A DNA stretch of 63,950 nucleotides, counting the filler, from Kipferlia bialata (lineage: Eukaryota), in the NCBI GenBank assembly GCA_003568945.1. It is 5 parts of 5 records of this genome, joined end to end, with 100 filler letters (N's around TTAATTAATTAA, not from the genome) between each part and the next. Parts side by side here need not be neighbours in the genome. Positions count along the whole stretch, not along the records: positions 16,068 to 32,033 come from BDIP01000646.1; positions 32,134 to 48,054 come from BDIP01000648.1; 3 more parts are not named here. The stretch is one strand, 5' to 3'. The notes beneath the pieces are model-generated. The model was given only the letters and a program-made list of their open reading frames with translations, did no database searches and was not told the origin of the DNA. Below are positions 28,339 to 40,257 of the stretch, in pieces (position 1 is the stretch's first letter; each line of letters starts with the position of its first letter). The translations under genes and the position numbers were made by a program.

Positions 28339-30254
28339 CTATGGCTGTGCACAGAGCTCGACACATCTGCCAAGACATGCATCTTCACACTGGTCCACAC
28401 ACAGACACCCCACACCCTGGCACTCACACATCAGAGGGCAGAGGGAGAGACACACCGACTCACAGTCAGAGAGACAGTGGAAGGGAGCTGCAGAGCCAAT
28501 GGGTGGATCAACCAGGTTACCGTCGTCGTCTACTGCACAGTAGGTACCACACTCCTCTACCTCTACACAGGGGTCACACTCGATGATGTCGTCGTCGTCG
28601 GGTGGGATGGGGGTGGTGCAGTCGTAGCCTGGGTGAGGTATATTGACGACAGGTTGATAATAGACAGAGACACTCTGTCAGAGAGAGAGAACAGATACTC
28701 GAAGGGAGTTTGTTGCAGTCGTAGCCTGGGGTAGTGATTGGGTGGTTATGGAGTGAGAATACAACTGGGAGAGAGAGTTACCTAGTGTGCACAGTTGTAG
28801 GTGAAGTCTTTTAGAGGTAGTCTAAAGAGACACAGCAATGAGAGTGTTGGAATACACATTGACACAGAGATACCCAGTGTGCCGCAGTTGTAGTTGAAGT
28901 CATGGGGAGGGAGGTCACAGTCGATGTCAGCGTTGCACTGGACAGACAGAGTCTGAGGGTGAGAGTAGTGTCTACTCATTTATAATTGTCGTATACTAAG
29001 AGTGTGTGAATTACTAATCCCTAACGATGGTACCGTTAATGACTGACTGTACCTGAAGGAACTCCAGCTCTAGGAACTCCACAGGTACAGAGCCGGAGAG
29101 AAGGTTGGACACAACGTCAAAGACCTGGTGTGAATGTATGTGAATATATGTGATGTGCTAACTGAGTGCAACAGACCGAGCAAAAGCGATAAACGGGACT
29201 ATGTGAAGTAGGGTGGTGTGAGAACTACTATCAACTAAAGAGACCGTACCCGTATGTACTCCATCTGGTCGACACAGGTGGGTATCTCCCCAGAGAGAAG
29301 GTTGTTGCCCAGGTTTAGACTCTGGTGTGAGATACTACCATATGACGATGACATACATACTACCTGCATGTGTCTCCACTGGACTTACTATGTAGTCATA
29401 CACCACTGCCTATATATGTTTATAGATTACAGTTTCTATTACTATACCACCTGCATGTGTCTCCACTGGCATATGCAGTCATCGATGGGGCCAGACAGGC
29501 CAGACTTGTTCATGGACAGAGACTGATATGAGTAATCAATAGAGTGGTTGTCTACACGCATTGATAAGAAACCAATACCTTCAGCTCTGTGGCCCCACAC
29601 AGTGCTGTAGGGAATCCCTCGATGTCGTTGTCATTGAGTGTGACAGTCTGGGGGTTAGGTTGGTGACTGTACCTATGTGGCAATGGGCAGTTGAGGAATT
29701 CTGTTGAATGAATACCCACAAATGTTTGATGGACATTTGACATACCTGTAGAGAGGTGAGACACGATATGGTGTCTGGGATTGTGCCGTACATGCCAAAG
29801 TCTGGGGTGAGAAACACAGTGATCTAGTATACATTGATAGACTGCCACTCACCAAATAGTAGTCCCAATATGTTGAGAGACCATCACTCACCTTGCATGT
29901 TGAGCACCTGGACAAACCCTCTCTTGCACTGCACACCAGTCCAGTCGCAGATGTCAACGTCACTCAGCCTGTGGTCAGTATCACTATCTATACTACCAGT
30001 ATGTGTGATACATACACTGCCGACAAGAGGAGCGCCAGCACAACGGCATTCAGCGCTGAGAGTACTTAGTGTGGTGCTATGAAACAGAATGACATCAATA
30101 CACACAAGGCAGTAGATAGTACATACCAGTTTGTGCTCTTTGTCCACATGTCCCCATCTGTGGCATAGTAGAGCTCAGTGAGTACATCTCTCTCAGAGGG
30201 ACATTGTGCAAGGGCAATGCCGACCAGGCAACCAATCAGTGCAAGTAGGAGCAT
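28339..30254 (-). CDS. CWP: Giardia-type cyst wall protein homolog: signal peptide, LRR cap, about 5 LRRs, Cys-rich domain, extra Cys-rich tail
   Basis: Spliced product MLLLALIGCLVGIALAQCPSERDVLTELYYATDGDMWTKSTNWLSDVDICDWTGVQC...GTIPDTISCLTSLQ...GLSGPIDDCICQWRHMQ...LSGEIPTCVDQMEYI...QCNADIDC...CDPCVEVEECGTYC. This follows the architecture and Cys spacing of Giardia CWP1-3 as I recall them. Confidence 0.85.
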
Positions 30255-30261
30255 CTATATA

Positions 30262-30394
30262 CTGATGTCAGGGACTCAATCCGCAGTGTGGTAAGCACAC
30301 TGTATACGCTACCCTGATACGGCAGGTCGTAGTATGATCGATGAATGGGAGTCGTAATTCTATGATCCTGGTGTTGCTGAACTGTATACCTTAC
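30262..30394 (-). other. Probable 5'-UTR intron of the CWP gene
   Basis: Donor GTG|gtaagg at 30394 and consensus acceptor ctgacatcag ending 7 nt before the ATG. Confidence 0.6.
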
Positions 30395-30430
30395 CACTCT
30401 CTCTCTGAAGAGAAGGAGAGTGAGCACTAG

Positions 30431-30551
30431 CTGTAGCAAGAGCTCCTTAACTGTAGAATGACCTCAACAGTGATGTTAACAGTGTCACTATTCCCTCAAC
30501 AGTGTCGAGTCTCTATGCTGCCAACGACAACTGTTGACAAGTGTCAACAGT
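30431..30551. promoter_or_regulatory. Cluster of six C(T/A)ACAG boxes upstream of the CWP gene (Myb2-type encystation elements)
   Basis: CTGTAG 30431 and 30451, CAACAG 30465, 30497 and 30545, CTGTTG 30531, plus variant TAACAG 30477. The last two exact boxes lie in a perfect 10-bp inverted repeat, 30530-30551. Confidence 0.7.
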
Positions 30552-30629
30552 GACAGAAAATGTCATCTGTCAGTATGTCCTATACCTGGTCTTATATGAC
30601 CCTCTGCAACTGTATTGTTCCGCCGAAGT

Positions 30630-31867
30630 CTATTCCTGCTCTAGAATCTTGTCGCACAGGACAGGAGTATTTGGATGAGTAACAGTATTGGCAATGTATA
30701 TATCGATGATTTCAGAAGGCTCGGGACCTTCAGAAGAACTCCCACAGGCGTTGATATCTCCCGTTGGTACGGCAGACGGCACTTTCCCATTATTGGAGAG
30801 AGAATAGACACACGTTGACACTGCGGTCTCACCGAGGAGCTCACCGTCTCCGTCAGTGTCAATGGCGTTGGCGCGAGATTGTTCCAATCTGATCTCTACG
30901 TCTGCCTCTCTGGATATACCATGGCCATTGAAGTAGGCCCGTCGCTTGTCATTCATAGCCTAGGCGTCAATGGAAGCAATGATTATAGTCCATCAGATTC
31001 ACATGCCTATTAACATACCTGTCTCTCGGTTACTGTAGCAAATGAGTAGTGCACAATACAGCCAAGCACACCCATACATGACCATATGATGGAGAGACAG
31101 CCTGAGGCTACGGCAGCGGCACAGTATGGACCATAGTATCTGAAGAATGAGGAAGACTCGGTGTGTATGCAACGCGATTATATAGATAGACCTCACAAAG
31201 TGGGTGTGAAGAGTACCAGCACTTACGTGTCCCAATGAATACCGCTGTGTGTGGAGTGCAAGTACTTACACATGGGTGGACTTCGGTGCTTTGTAGTAGT
31301 GCACATGCCGAGACAGTGCGATGTGCATGCACTGGAAGCGGATATAGCTCTGCGGTAAGAGGGTCGTTGCCATTGCACGAATGTATATCTATCACCCAGA
31401 TTTTCAATTATATACATTATATATACAATATATACGTAAGACTGAGCCTCTCACCTCTATTGCAAAGAGTAGACCTGCGCTGAGATTGACCCACATGAAG
31501 ACCTAGGGTTAGACTACTACATTATGTAATATACAATATATACATGATATAGAGATGTGGGGGATTCTATTTGAGTCCCACACTGTGCGCCACAGGTAAC
31601 AACTACTCTACCTGTGGCTTCCTATACGCTCTTCTCTTCAGCAGTCTGCTCCAATAGACAGCCCAGAGCGGCATCGCTGGGTGTTATAGGAGCTGCATAC
31701 ACTGATAGATATACGCCAAACTGCCACACTCTCATGGGATTCAAATGGGACCTGTACACACTGAGAGACACACAAACCTTACTGAAACATCGATATGTGA
31801 CTCAGGTGGCCGTACCTGCAAATGACACCTCACAGCACAGCATGATGACACAGCCCCAGTCCCACTC
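30630..31867 (-). CDS. Hypothetical membrane protein, 5'-truncated
   Basis: In-frame exons EWDWGCVIMLCCEVSFA|AMPLWAVYWSRLL...|YYGPYCAAAVASGCLSIIWSCMGVLGCIVHYSF...|AMNDKRRAYF...EQE-stop. Confidence 0.6.
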
Positions 31868-32033
31868 CTGAGACACAAGCATGTGGATCCAACTGGAGGT
31901 GAAATACTCCTTACATATATAAATGGAAATCTTGTTTTCCGTCGGAGGTAGGGCTTCAAAAATATAGAGATAGATTTTATATAGAATAATGATATTCTAT
32001 ATTTCTATATTTTAGAGACAAAAATGTGCTGAA

Positions 32034-32133
32034 NNNNNNNNNNNNNNNNNNNNNNNNNNNNNNNNNNNNNNNNNNNNTTAATTAATTAANNNNNNNNNNN
32101 NNNNNNNNNNNNNNNNNNNNNNNNNNNNNNNNN
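32034..32133. other. Artificial contig spacer
   Basis: N run with TTAATTAATTAA linker. Confidence 0.97.
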
Positions 32134-32141
32134 CCCCCTCT

Positions 32142-32176
<35 letters not shown>

Positions 32177-32231
32177 ACATCATACGTCATATTCCGTCTC
32201 CCCATCCTCCCCCCCTTCATCTCACCATCAG

Positions 32232-33436
32232 AAGGGCGACCGTGAGATTGTCCTGATCCTGGGCTCTGACCGTCTGTCCCTGAGGGTGCTGGCTAGGGTG
32301 GTTGAACTGGATGCACACAAGCATACCTCTAGCCCCTCCACACTCTTAGCTAAGTGCACTGTGGTCCCCCTCTTCACCCTGACCGACCCTGCCACTGGGT
32401 CTCCCCTGCCCTCGCACAACCACCACGGACACTCCCTGCAGAGTGTGCTGCTGGATACATGCCCCCCCAAGAGATATGTCTGGGAGGACACGGAGGAGAT
32501 AGCCTCTTTGGTCACAGACGCAGGTATAACATTGTCTATCTATGTGTCTAGTGTGTCGTATCATATCTGACCCTAGGCAGCGTAGACCTTGTTCTCTTTG
32601 CCCCCGAGGTCGATGGCCATGCAGGGGTCATGGGGGTCAGGGACACACAGCCTGGGCCGGTCATGGTGCCATACCAGCACAGACTGAGGTACTCATCATC
32701 TATTGGGTCCTGAATTGTCTGTCTACATACTACTTAGTCTTCTAGGGTCTTCGTGTCACCCGTTCGTGTAGCTGTGGAAACAGCTTTACGTGTCAGTCTA
32801 CTGTTTCTTAGTCTTTTATAGTCTTCTTGTCACCCATTGTGATACCCGTGTAGAATGGAAACTGCTTCCTCATATGTCATATCTTCCAACAGACATCTCT
32901 GTCGATGTGTCTGCCAAGTATCTCTGTCTGTCTCTCTCTCTCTCTCTCCTCACCCTTAGGATGTCTGACGACTGTGGTGGCTTCGAGCACACTCCCTCCG
33001 AGGCATATGCCGTTGGTATGGGCTGCCTATCTACAGCCAAGAAGATCATAGTGGTGGCCGTCAGTGAGCTGTATGGAGAGGCCTTGGTCAAGGTATAGGG
33101 AATATTTATATAATCATTGTTACATACCCCCATACTCTCGCTCTCTAATTGTCTAACCCCCTTAGACCCTCGACCCTCCCCACCCCTCTGCCGACCCCAC
33201 CTCGCTCTCTCTCCTGGTGTCCCAGAAGACCCTCTCCCTCTATGTTGATCCCTTTGCTGTTCTTGCTCTGCCCTGTATAGCAACCCCATGGCTGCATGCC
33301 ACATCTACTCTATGGACACAGTCGCCAAGGTATAGTCACTGTGTACTAATCTAATGGGATACTCTGGACAGTCGCCAAAGGTACTGATGTATTGAGGCAC
33401 TATTTCCAGGCTTGTCAAGAGTACCGTCGTACACAT

Positions 33437-33470
<34 letters not shown>

Positions 33471-36015
33471 GTATGTATATATTAATATATACATTATTAT
33501 TAGTATTAGTATTAATATGTGTATATATATACCAATGCCAGGCTAGTCAAGAGTGCCGTGGTGTGGACTGCCCAGCAGACAGGCAAGGCCATACCCACAC
33601 TCACTAGCAAGGTATGGAGATGTATTGATTCACATATATATAGTATTATATATGTGTATATACTAGTACCCTCCCTCACCACCCAGGACTTCCTCCAAAG
33701 GGGTCTAGGGGGACTCATCGCCAAGAGGGGCCTCAGTGCACTGCTCAGGTTTAGTAACACTATTCACTACTCGCTTGTCACACATTATCACAGTATGTCA
33801 TTCCCTTACCCTTTAGTACTGTGCAGCGTGACATTGCAGACAGGGTGAGGTTTGCCTGTCCCATCGTGCCCCTCTCTGCATCAGACCCCCACCCCACAGT
33901 GGTGGTCTTCTCCCCACACCCAGGCAAGTAGTGTGTTCTATATGCTAGTGTTTTGTTCTCTCCACACCCAGGTAGATCAGCAGTGTGTTGTATACGCTCT
34001 GTATGCTATATTCATACCAATTCTGACCTCCGTATATGGACATTCGCTCACCCCCAGATGACGACGTGGTGTCCATGGGAGGCACACTATCCAACCTCCA
34101 GGTATGGAACCATACATGACATGAATTATATATATTATTGAATGAGTGCTGTAACCCATGGAGTATCGTACAGTGTACTGATACCCAGGCCCATGGGTGC
34201 GATGTGCACGTGGCATATATGGTATCTGGCTCCAATGCCGTCAGCACAGACAGTGTCCTGGCACACTCTAGGTATATATATATATATATATATATATACG
34301 ACTAGTCATTGTTACTCTTAGGTTGGTTTAGTAGCTACAGATTTAGTAACAAGTTGGTTTAGACACCTGACAACAAATTTTGATACTTGACACTGACCCT
34401 TAGATTTGCCGAGACCCTTGCCGATCTGAACCATATTACAATACATTGCACTTCCTGTCACAGATATACTCTACTCTTACTATTAGATTTGCCGAGACCC
34501 TTGCTGATCTGAACCCTGCCCTGAAGGGGGTGTCTGAGTGGATCAAGGATAACATGGATAGTAAGGAGATAGGTACGTTATGCGTCATGATATGTCACTC
34601 TCTATTGTGTACGCCCTAACTATACATATATATATATATGTATGTGTGTGTATTATACACATACCCTCACCCTCTAGGCATCCAGCTGAAGGGTGCTGTG
34701 CGTCGGACCGAGGCCACAGCAGCTGTGGAAGGGATGGGTGTACCCCAGGACCACGTACACTTCCTGGACCTGCCATTCTACACGTACGGGTCTCTCTCTC
34801 TCTCCCCCCTATGTACATTTCTCTCCCCTTACCCCTTATCTCATCCTCTAGTACCAAGAGTGCCCCCGAGGCCCCCGAGAACGTCGACCGTGTCTCCAAG
34901 CTCCTCAACGCCTTGCAGCCCAGCCACCTCTTCCTGGCAGCTGATCTCTGTGATCCCCATGGCACTCATGGTGCATGTTACGAGGCACTGAAGGCGGCTC
35001 TCTCCACCTTCTCTCTCTCCCCCCCTCTGCCCCCCTGCAAGTGCAGTCTCTGTACCCAGGGCATGGCACCCTCTGCGTCTCAGCTGGTGCCTCTGCTGGG
35101 GGCACTGTCACCACCCGACCAGACACACACACAGCCAGAGCACCCGAGGTATGGGTGCATTCGGATATTGATATATCTACTTCGTGGATACAGTAACTAT
35201 ATGTGGAAACAGTAACTATACTCTTATATATCCTCACTCCCCAGACTGTGGCTCTACAGAGGTGCCTGGCAGGACTACCCGGCTGATCAGGTATGTATGT
35301 GTATATTCCACACACACTACCAGGGCAGTACGTATTATATATGCATGTGTACAATATACCCTGAAACCTAGGCCGATGTGATCCTGGCCCTGACTGGTGA
35401 GCAGCTGACCCAGAAGCTGGTGGCCATCCAGAGGCACTTCTCACAGGGGGCAGGTACTGTATCTATAAGTATATCGTATATATACGTAACCTTATGCTCC
35501 ACGTCATCCTCTACGTGCCATCTTTAAGGGCACAGTTGATAATGTATTTATATGTATACAAACATGTTTGTGTGTATGCACAATGTATACATGTCTCACT
35601 CCCCAGGTGCCATGTTCAAGGGCACAGACTCCAGAGAGTTCTGGGAGAGAGCCAGGGACAGAAACAAGGTGCTTAGCTATGATGCTAATTACTGCATATA
35701 GGCTAATTCTAGTGGTACTGATAGTGATACTGACCCCAGGCCCTAGCCAATGAGCTTGCCCAACTGCAACTAGTGATGCTAATATAGTATCAATAGTACT
35801 TATAGCATATACCTCTATTGATACTGACCCCAGGCCCTAGCCGATGAGCTTGCTTAGCTGGCAAATAGCCTCTACTATACCACCTAGTAGTATTACCGTG
35901 TAACTTCATATACATATTGTACTGACCCCAGGCCCTAGCCGATGAGCTTGCCCAGCTGGGCCAGGGGACCTATGTGGCAGCAGAGGCCTTTACCACTGGG
36001 TTCGAGCTTCCATAG
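32232..36015 (+). CDS. nagB: Glucosamine-6-phosphate deaminase-like domain fused to PIG-L-family deacetylase (long bacterial NagB type), 5'-truncated
   Basis: Spliced motifs KSAVVWTAQQTGKAIPTLTSKDF, VFSPHPDDDVVSMGGTL, VHVAYMVSGSNAV, KGAVRRTEA, HFLDLPFY, DLCDPHGTHGAC, LWLYRGAWQ, FKGTDSREFWERARDRN and YVAAEAF match the long Bacteroidetes-type NagB. Confidence 0.88.
33924..34057 (+). other. GC-AG intron interrupting the HPDD metal-binding motif
   Basis: CACCCAG|gcaagt...ctcacccccag|ATGACGAC restores FSPHP-DDDV; read-through gives GGC AAG TAG. Confidence 0.85.
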
Positions 36016-36645
36016 ACCTACTAGTCGATATTCCCATCCTGAGACGGTCGCGGTGTCCAGGTCTATGGGTATAGGGAGTGAGGGTCACAAGGCGTCACAC
36101 ATGGATTGACAGGATACATATCCTTGTCTCCTTAATTGAATGGTCTTCATTGCGTGTCACATTCAAGTGAGGTCGCAGTCCAGTTACTATTACGTTTGCA
36201 GAGATTCATTCTCAAGCTTTCTACCTCTTGGAGGTAACCGTTCTTTATGTGCCGATATATATCGTGATGTCAGCAGTAAATGTTCCATCGTTCCTAAGTC
36301 GAGTTGGTGTTCACAGAACACCAGCACATACAAAGACAATACTTTTAGTACCACTACCAAACCAATATTGACATGAGAGAGATCCAAAGGAAATCCTCTA
36401 TTGCTTTCCTCACCCTATAATGTACAGAAAACACGTATCGTTGAGTGGTCATCAAAGCGTCACTCCAACGAGAAAACGAAGCACAGGTGCTACAGCAGCT
36501 AGGTAGTACTCTCCCACCAGTGACTGAGTGGCAGGCGACGGACTATAGTCTCACCAGCAATCCTTATAGTGATTCAGTTACATCAGCTAGTCACCCAACA
36601 CCAAGCTAGTTACCGAGCTAAACACCAAGGCAGATACCAAGTGCC

Positions 36646-37282
36646 TCATGCCCCTAGGTAGTGGCTGAATAGAAGGCCGATGCCACTGGCCAGGAGGGAC
36701 CCGGCCTGGTTCGACAGCCCTATCCACCTGGGGGTGAGGGGGATAGACTATATTGAATACAAAGTATCTGTAAATAGAATGCACACCTCTTGACAGTCTT
36801 GTCCTGGTCCACCTATCTCTATACATATATATGTATGGATACATTAATANNNNNNNNNNNNNNNNNNNNNNNNNNNNNNNNNNNNNTGTATGGATACATT
36901 AATAGTATATATACCTCTTGATAGTCTTGTCCTGGTCCACCCCTATCTGCCCTGACAGCAGGGAGTGCCTCCTCCGATAGGCAGGGCGGGTCAGCAGGGT
37001 GTACACAATGGTGGCCACGTAGCCTTGGGATGAGAGGGAGAGAGGCAGTGGGAGTAGGGGAGAGAGAGAGGGAGATGATCTACGGATGCCACGCCTCTCG
37101 AGCGTAGTATGATGCACACAGAACGCACACAGTACCTGCGACGAATGCCTGCCAGGCCACCTCGACATACAGGCCCATGGGGATGATGTACACATCGGAG
37201 ACAGCAAAGTAGGCAAAGTAGGTGAGGAGACCGGTCTGGAAGATGTTGAGGACTAGAGGGCTGCCCCTAGTGGTTAGATAGA

Positions 37283-37329
<47 letters not shown>

Positions 37330-38772
37330 AAAGAAGGTTACCGTACTTGTCGATGATGGAGCCCAGCCTGCCCAGGAAGTTGAACACTGTGTACACTGTG
37401 TTGAGGACAGACATGACCTGGGACTGGTCATCCCCGTACCTAGGGGGTTAGCATATGTGTATGTATAGAGAGAGAGAGACAGAGGTAGGGGGGACAACCT
37501 GTCCGTGGCGTATAATGTATATGTATATATGTATGACTAACATAGAATATATATGTGTGTATATGTATAGACACACACCTGTCCGTGGCGTATGGCAGCA
37601 GTGAGGGTGTGAGTGTGTATATGAGCAGACTGGTCCACAGCATGTGCACGCAGGGTGTGACATAGGCAGAGAGGGGCGGTGGGGGTATCCGGTTCTGGGT
37701 CTGGGACCCGGCCCAGGGCTCCATGCCACCACTGCCGCTGCCTGGGGTAAGTATAGGTATGGGTATATACACATAGAGAGAGAGAGAGAGGTGCAGGGCT
37801 CCATACCACCACTGCCACTGCCTAGAGGTGAGGAGAGATATGTATATACATCATGTATGATATAGATATAGAGAGAGAGGGATAAGGGTTCAGGGCTCCA
37901 TGCCTGGGGGGGAGGTGAGGTGGAGGCATAGGTATATGTGGGTATACAGTATCAATTTGCATCATAAATACCTCCCAGCAGCAGCCCCTCGGTCTCCTCA
38001 TAGCTGGGGCTGGACCTGTCGGCACCGGCCTGGGTATGAGTGTATATAGTAGTATATGTTTATCGAATTTTGGTACTATATACCTTGTAAGCCTTCTGAC
38101 TGGCCTCTGTGTTGAGCACCACCACAGCAATGACACTCACAGCCTGCATGGGGAGGACAAGCCACCAGAACAGACTCACTGAGATCAGAGAGAAAGAGAG
38201 AGAGAGAGAGAGAGAATGCGTCCTCTCCCTATGGTAATGTATGTAGAGAGGCAGCTTACCTTGTGGGTCCTCCAGGCCTATCTGCACATTGCCCAGGAGG
38301 GCTGCCACCAATACACTATATATATACTATATCTATATACATATATATATCTACCTTGTGGGTCCTCCAGGCCTATCTGCACATTGCCTAGCAGTGCAGT
38401 GACCATACCAGACACAGTGAGACCGGTGGAGGTGATGGAGGTGTAGTACGGGTCACTGGGATGAGGAGAGCGAAGGGGTTCTTTCTTACTTACTTATAGA
38501 TAGCTGCCTATATATATCAATTGTGAATATCAGATGTAATGTGACCGGTGGAGGTGATGGAGGTGTAGTAGGGGTCACTGACAGTGAGAGATAGCAGCAT
38601 TCACAAAGTGGGACAGAGAGAGTGATATGTTGATAAATTGAGTACCTGTTTGCGACGTATGAGAATGTGAACACAATTGCTGTGCACCCTACTATACCAG
38701 CCATGAAGGAAGCAAGGAGGACCATGACTGATACGTCATCTACAGTCACTGGGGTTAGACATATAGATATGT

Positions 38773-38803
<31 letters not shown>

Positions 38804-40257
38804 AGACATGAGAGAGGCGAGGAGGACCATGACTGATACGTTGTCAACAGTCACTGGGGTTGGAGGAGAGAGAGAGATGAGTAGAAAGATGTGCGTGAAT
38901 ATGGTATACTCACCATCCCATGCTGTGGCCAGTCCCACATCAGTATATATATATATATTGCCCACATATATGTATACTATTACACATACTGATGCTTATT
39001 ATCAAATATTACTATTAAACACTATCAGTTAGTCACTCACCATCCCATGCTGTAGCCAGTCCCACACACACCAGACACCCTATGCTGAACAGGAGGAGGA
39101 GGACAGTACCATCCCTGGAGTGAGATAAGACAATAGAGATAGGTATACATATATATACATATGTTGAGAGAGAAAGAGAGATAACATGAAGAGAGGGACA
39201 GTGTCATCCCTTGGGGAGTGAGGTATATTGATATTGGGATAATATATATGTGATATACCTGGGGGGGGGGGGAAGAGAGAGAGAAAGAGAAGGAGGGAGA
39301 GAAAGAGAGAGAGAAAGAGTAAATGGAAAACTACATGGGTGAGCGGAATGCATGCTTACATAATTAGAGCACTCGGAGAAACAACCAAGAGCTGATGGTA
39401 ATATAAACACACACTCTGGTCCAAAGCTTGGGTAGTATATAGAATAGTATACACTCACCGCATCCCCCCTGTCTTCCTCCCCCTCATCACGACCATCAGG
39501 AAGGGCATATACTCATATATATATATATATACTATATAGAACACATAATATAGTAGAGAGCGTCTTCATACTCACCTCATCCCCCCTGTCTTCCTCCCCC
39601 TCATCACGACCATCAGGAAGGGGTATTCAATTATGCAATATATTCATCACAGTCATACTATATATACAAATATGGATATGTAGTACATATTATGTACCTC
39701 ATCCCCCCTGTCTTCCGCCCCCTCATCACGACCATCAGGAAGGGGTATTCAAATATGCAATATATATATCACAGTCATACTATATATACAAATATGGATA
39801 TGTACCTCATCCCTCCTGTCTTCCTCCCCCTCATCACGACCATCAGGAAGGGCAGGATGTTGGCCAGATTGTAGCACACAGTGATGTGGGAGGAGATGGC
39901 ATCGCCCTCGGGCAGGGTCTGGGGGTATTAGAACACACTGATACATATAGAGAGAGAGAGAGAAAAAGAGAGAGGGGGAGAGAGGGTGAAAGGGAGAGGG
40001 AGTGGGAGGAGATGGAATCACATTATTATCACTTGAGCAGGGCCTGGGGGTATCAGCACACTGAGAGACACACCTATTTACATTTCAAGTCTGCTCATAT
40101 AGAACCATTGATTGAGGACATCCCAAGTGTAGTACAACCTGCATCATGTGTATCCACATACCTTGATGAAGAACGGGGCCTCACTCCAGAGTGCATTGAT
40201 CAGGGTGAATGGACCAAACCCCAGGCACAGGTGCAATACAGTACCCAGGAACCGAGA

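Noticed and set aside
28281..28734. Plus-strand 101-aa and 144-aa ORFs
   Set aside because: They are the antisense shadow of the Cys-rich last exon of the CWP gene.
28339..36015. Apparent encystation gene cluster (CWP near the NagB-like gene)
   Set aside because: The two genes are separated by an artificial contig spacer at 32034-32133, so linkage is unsupported.
36830..36905. Direct repeat tgtatggatacattaata on both sides of an N gap
   Set aside because: Likely an unresolved scaffold overlap.
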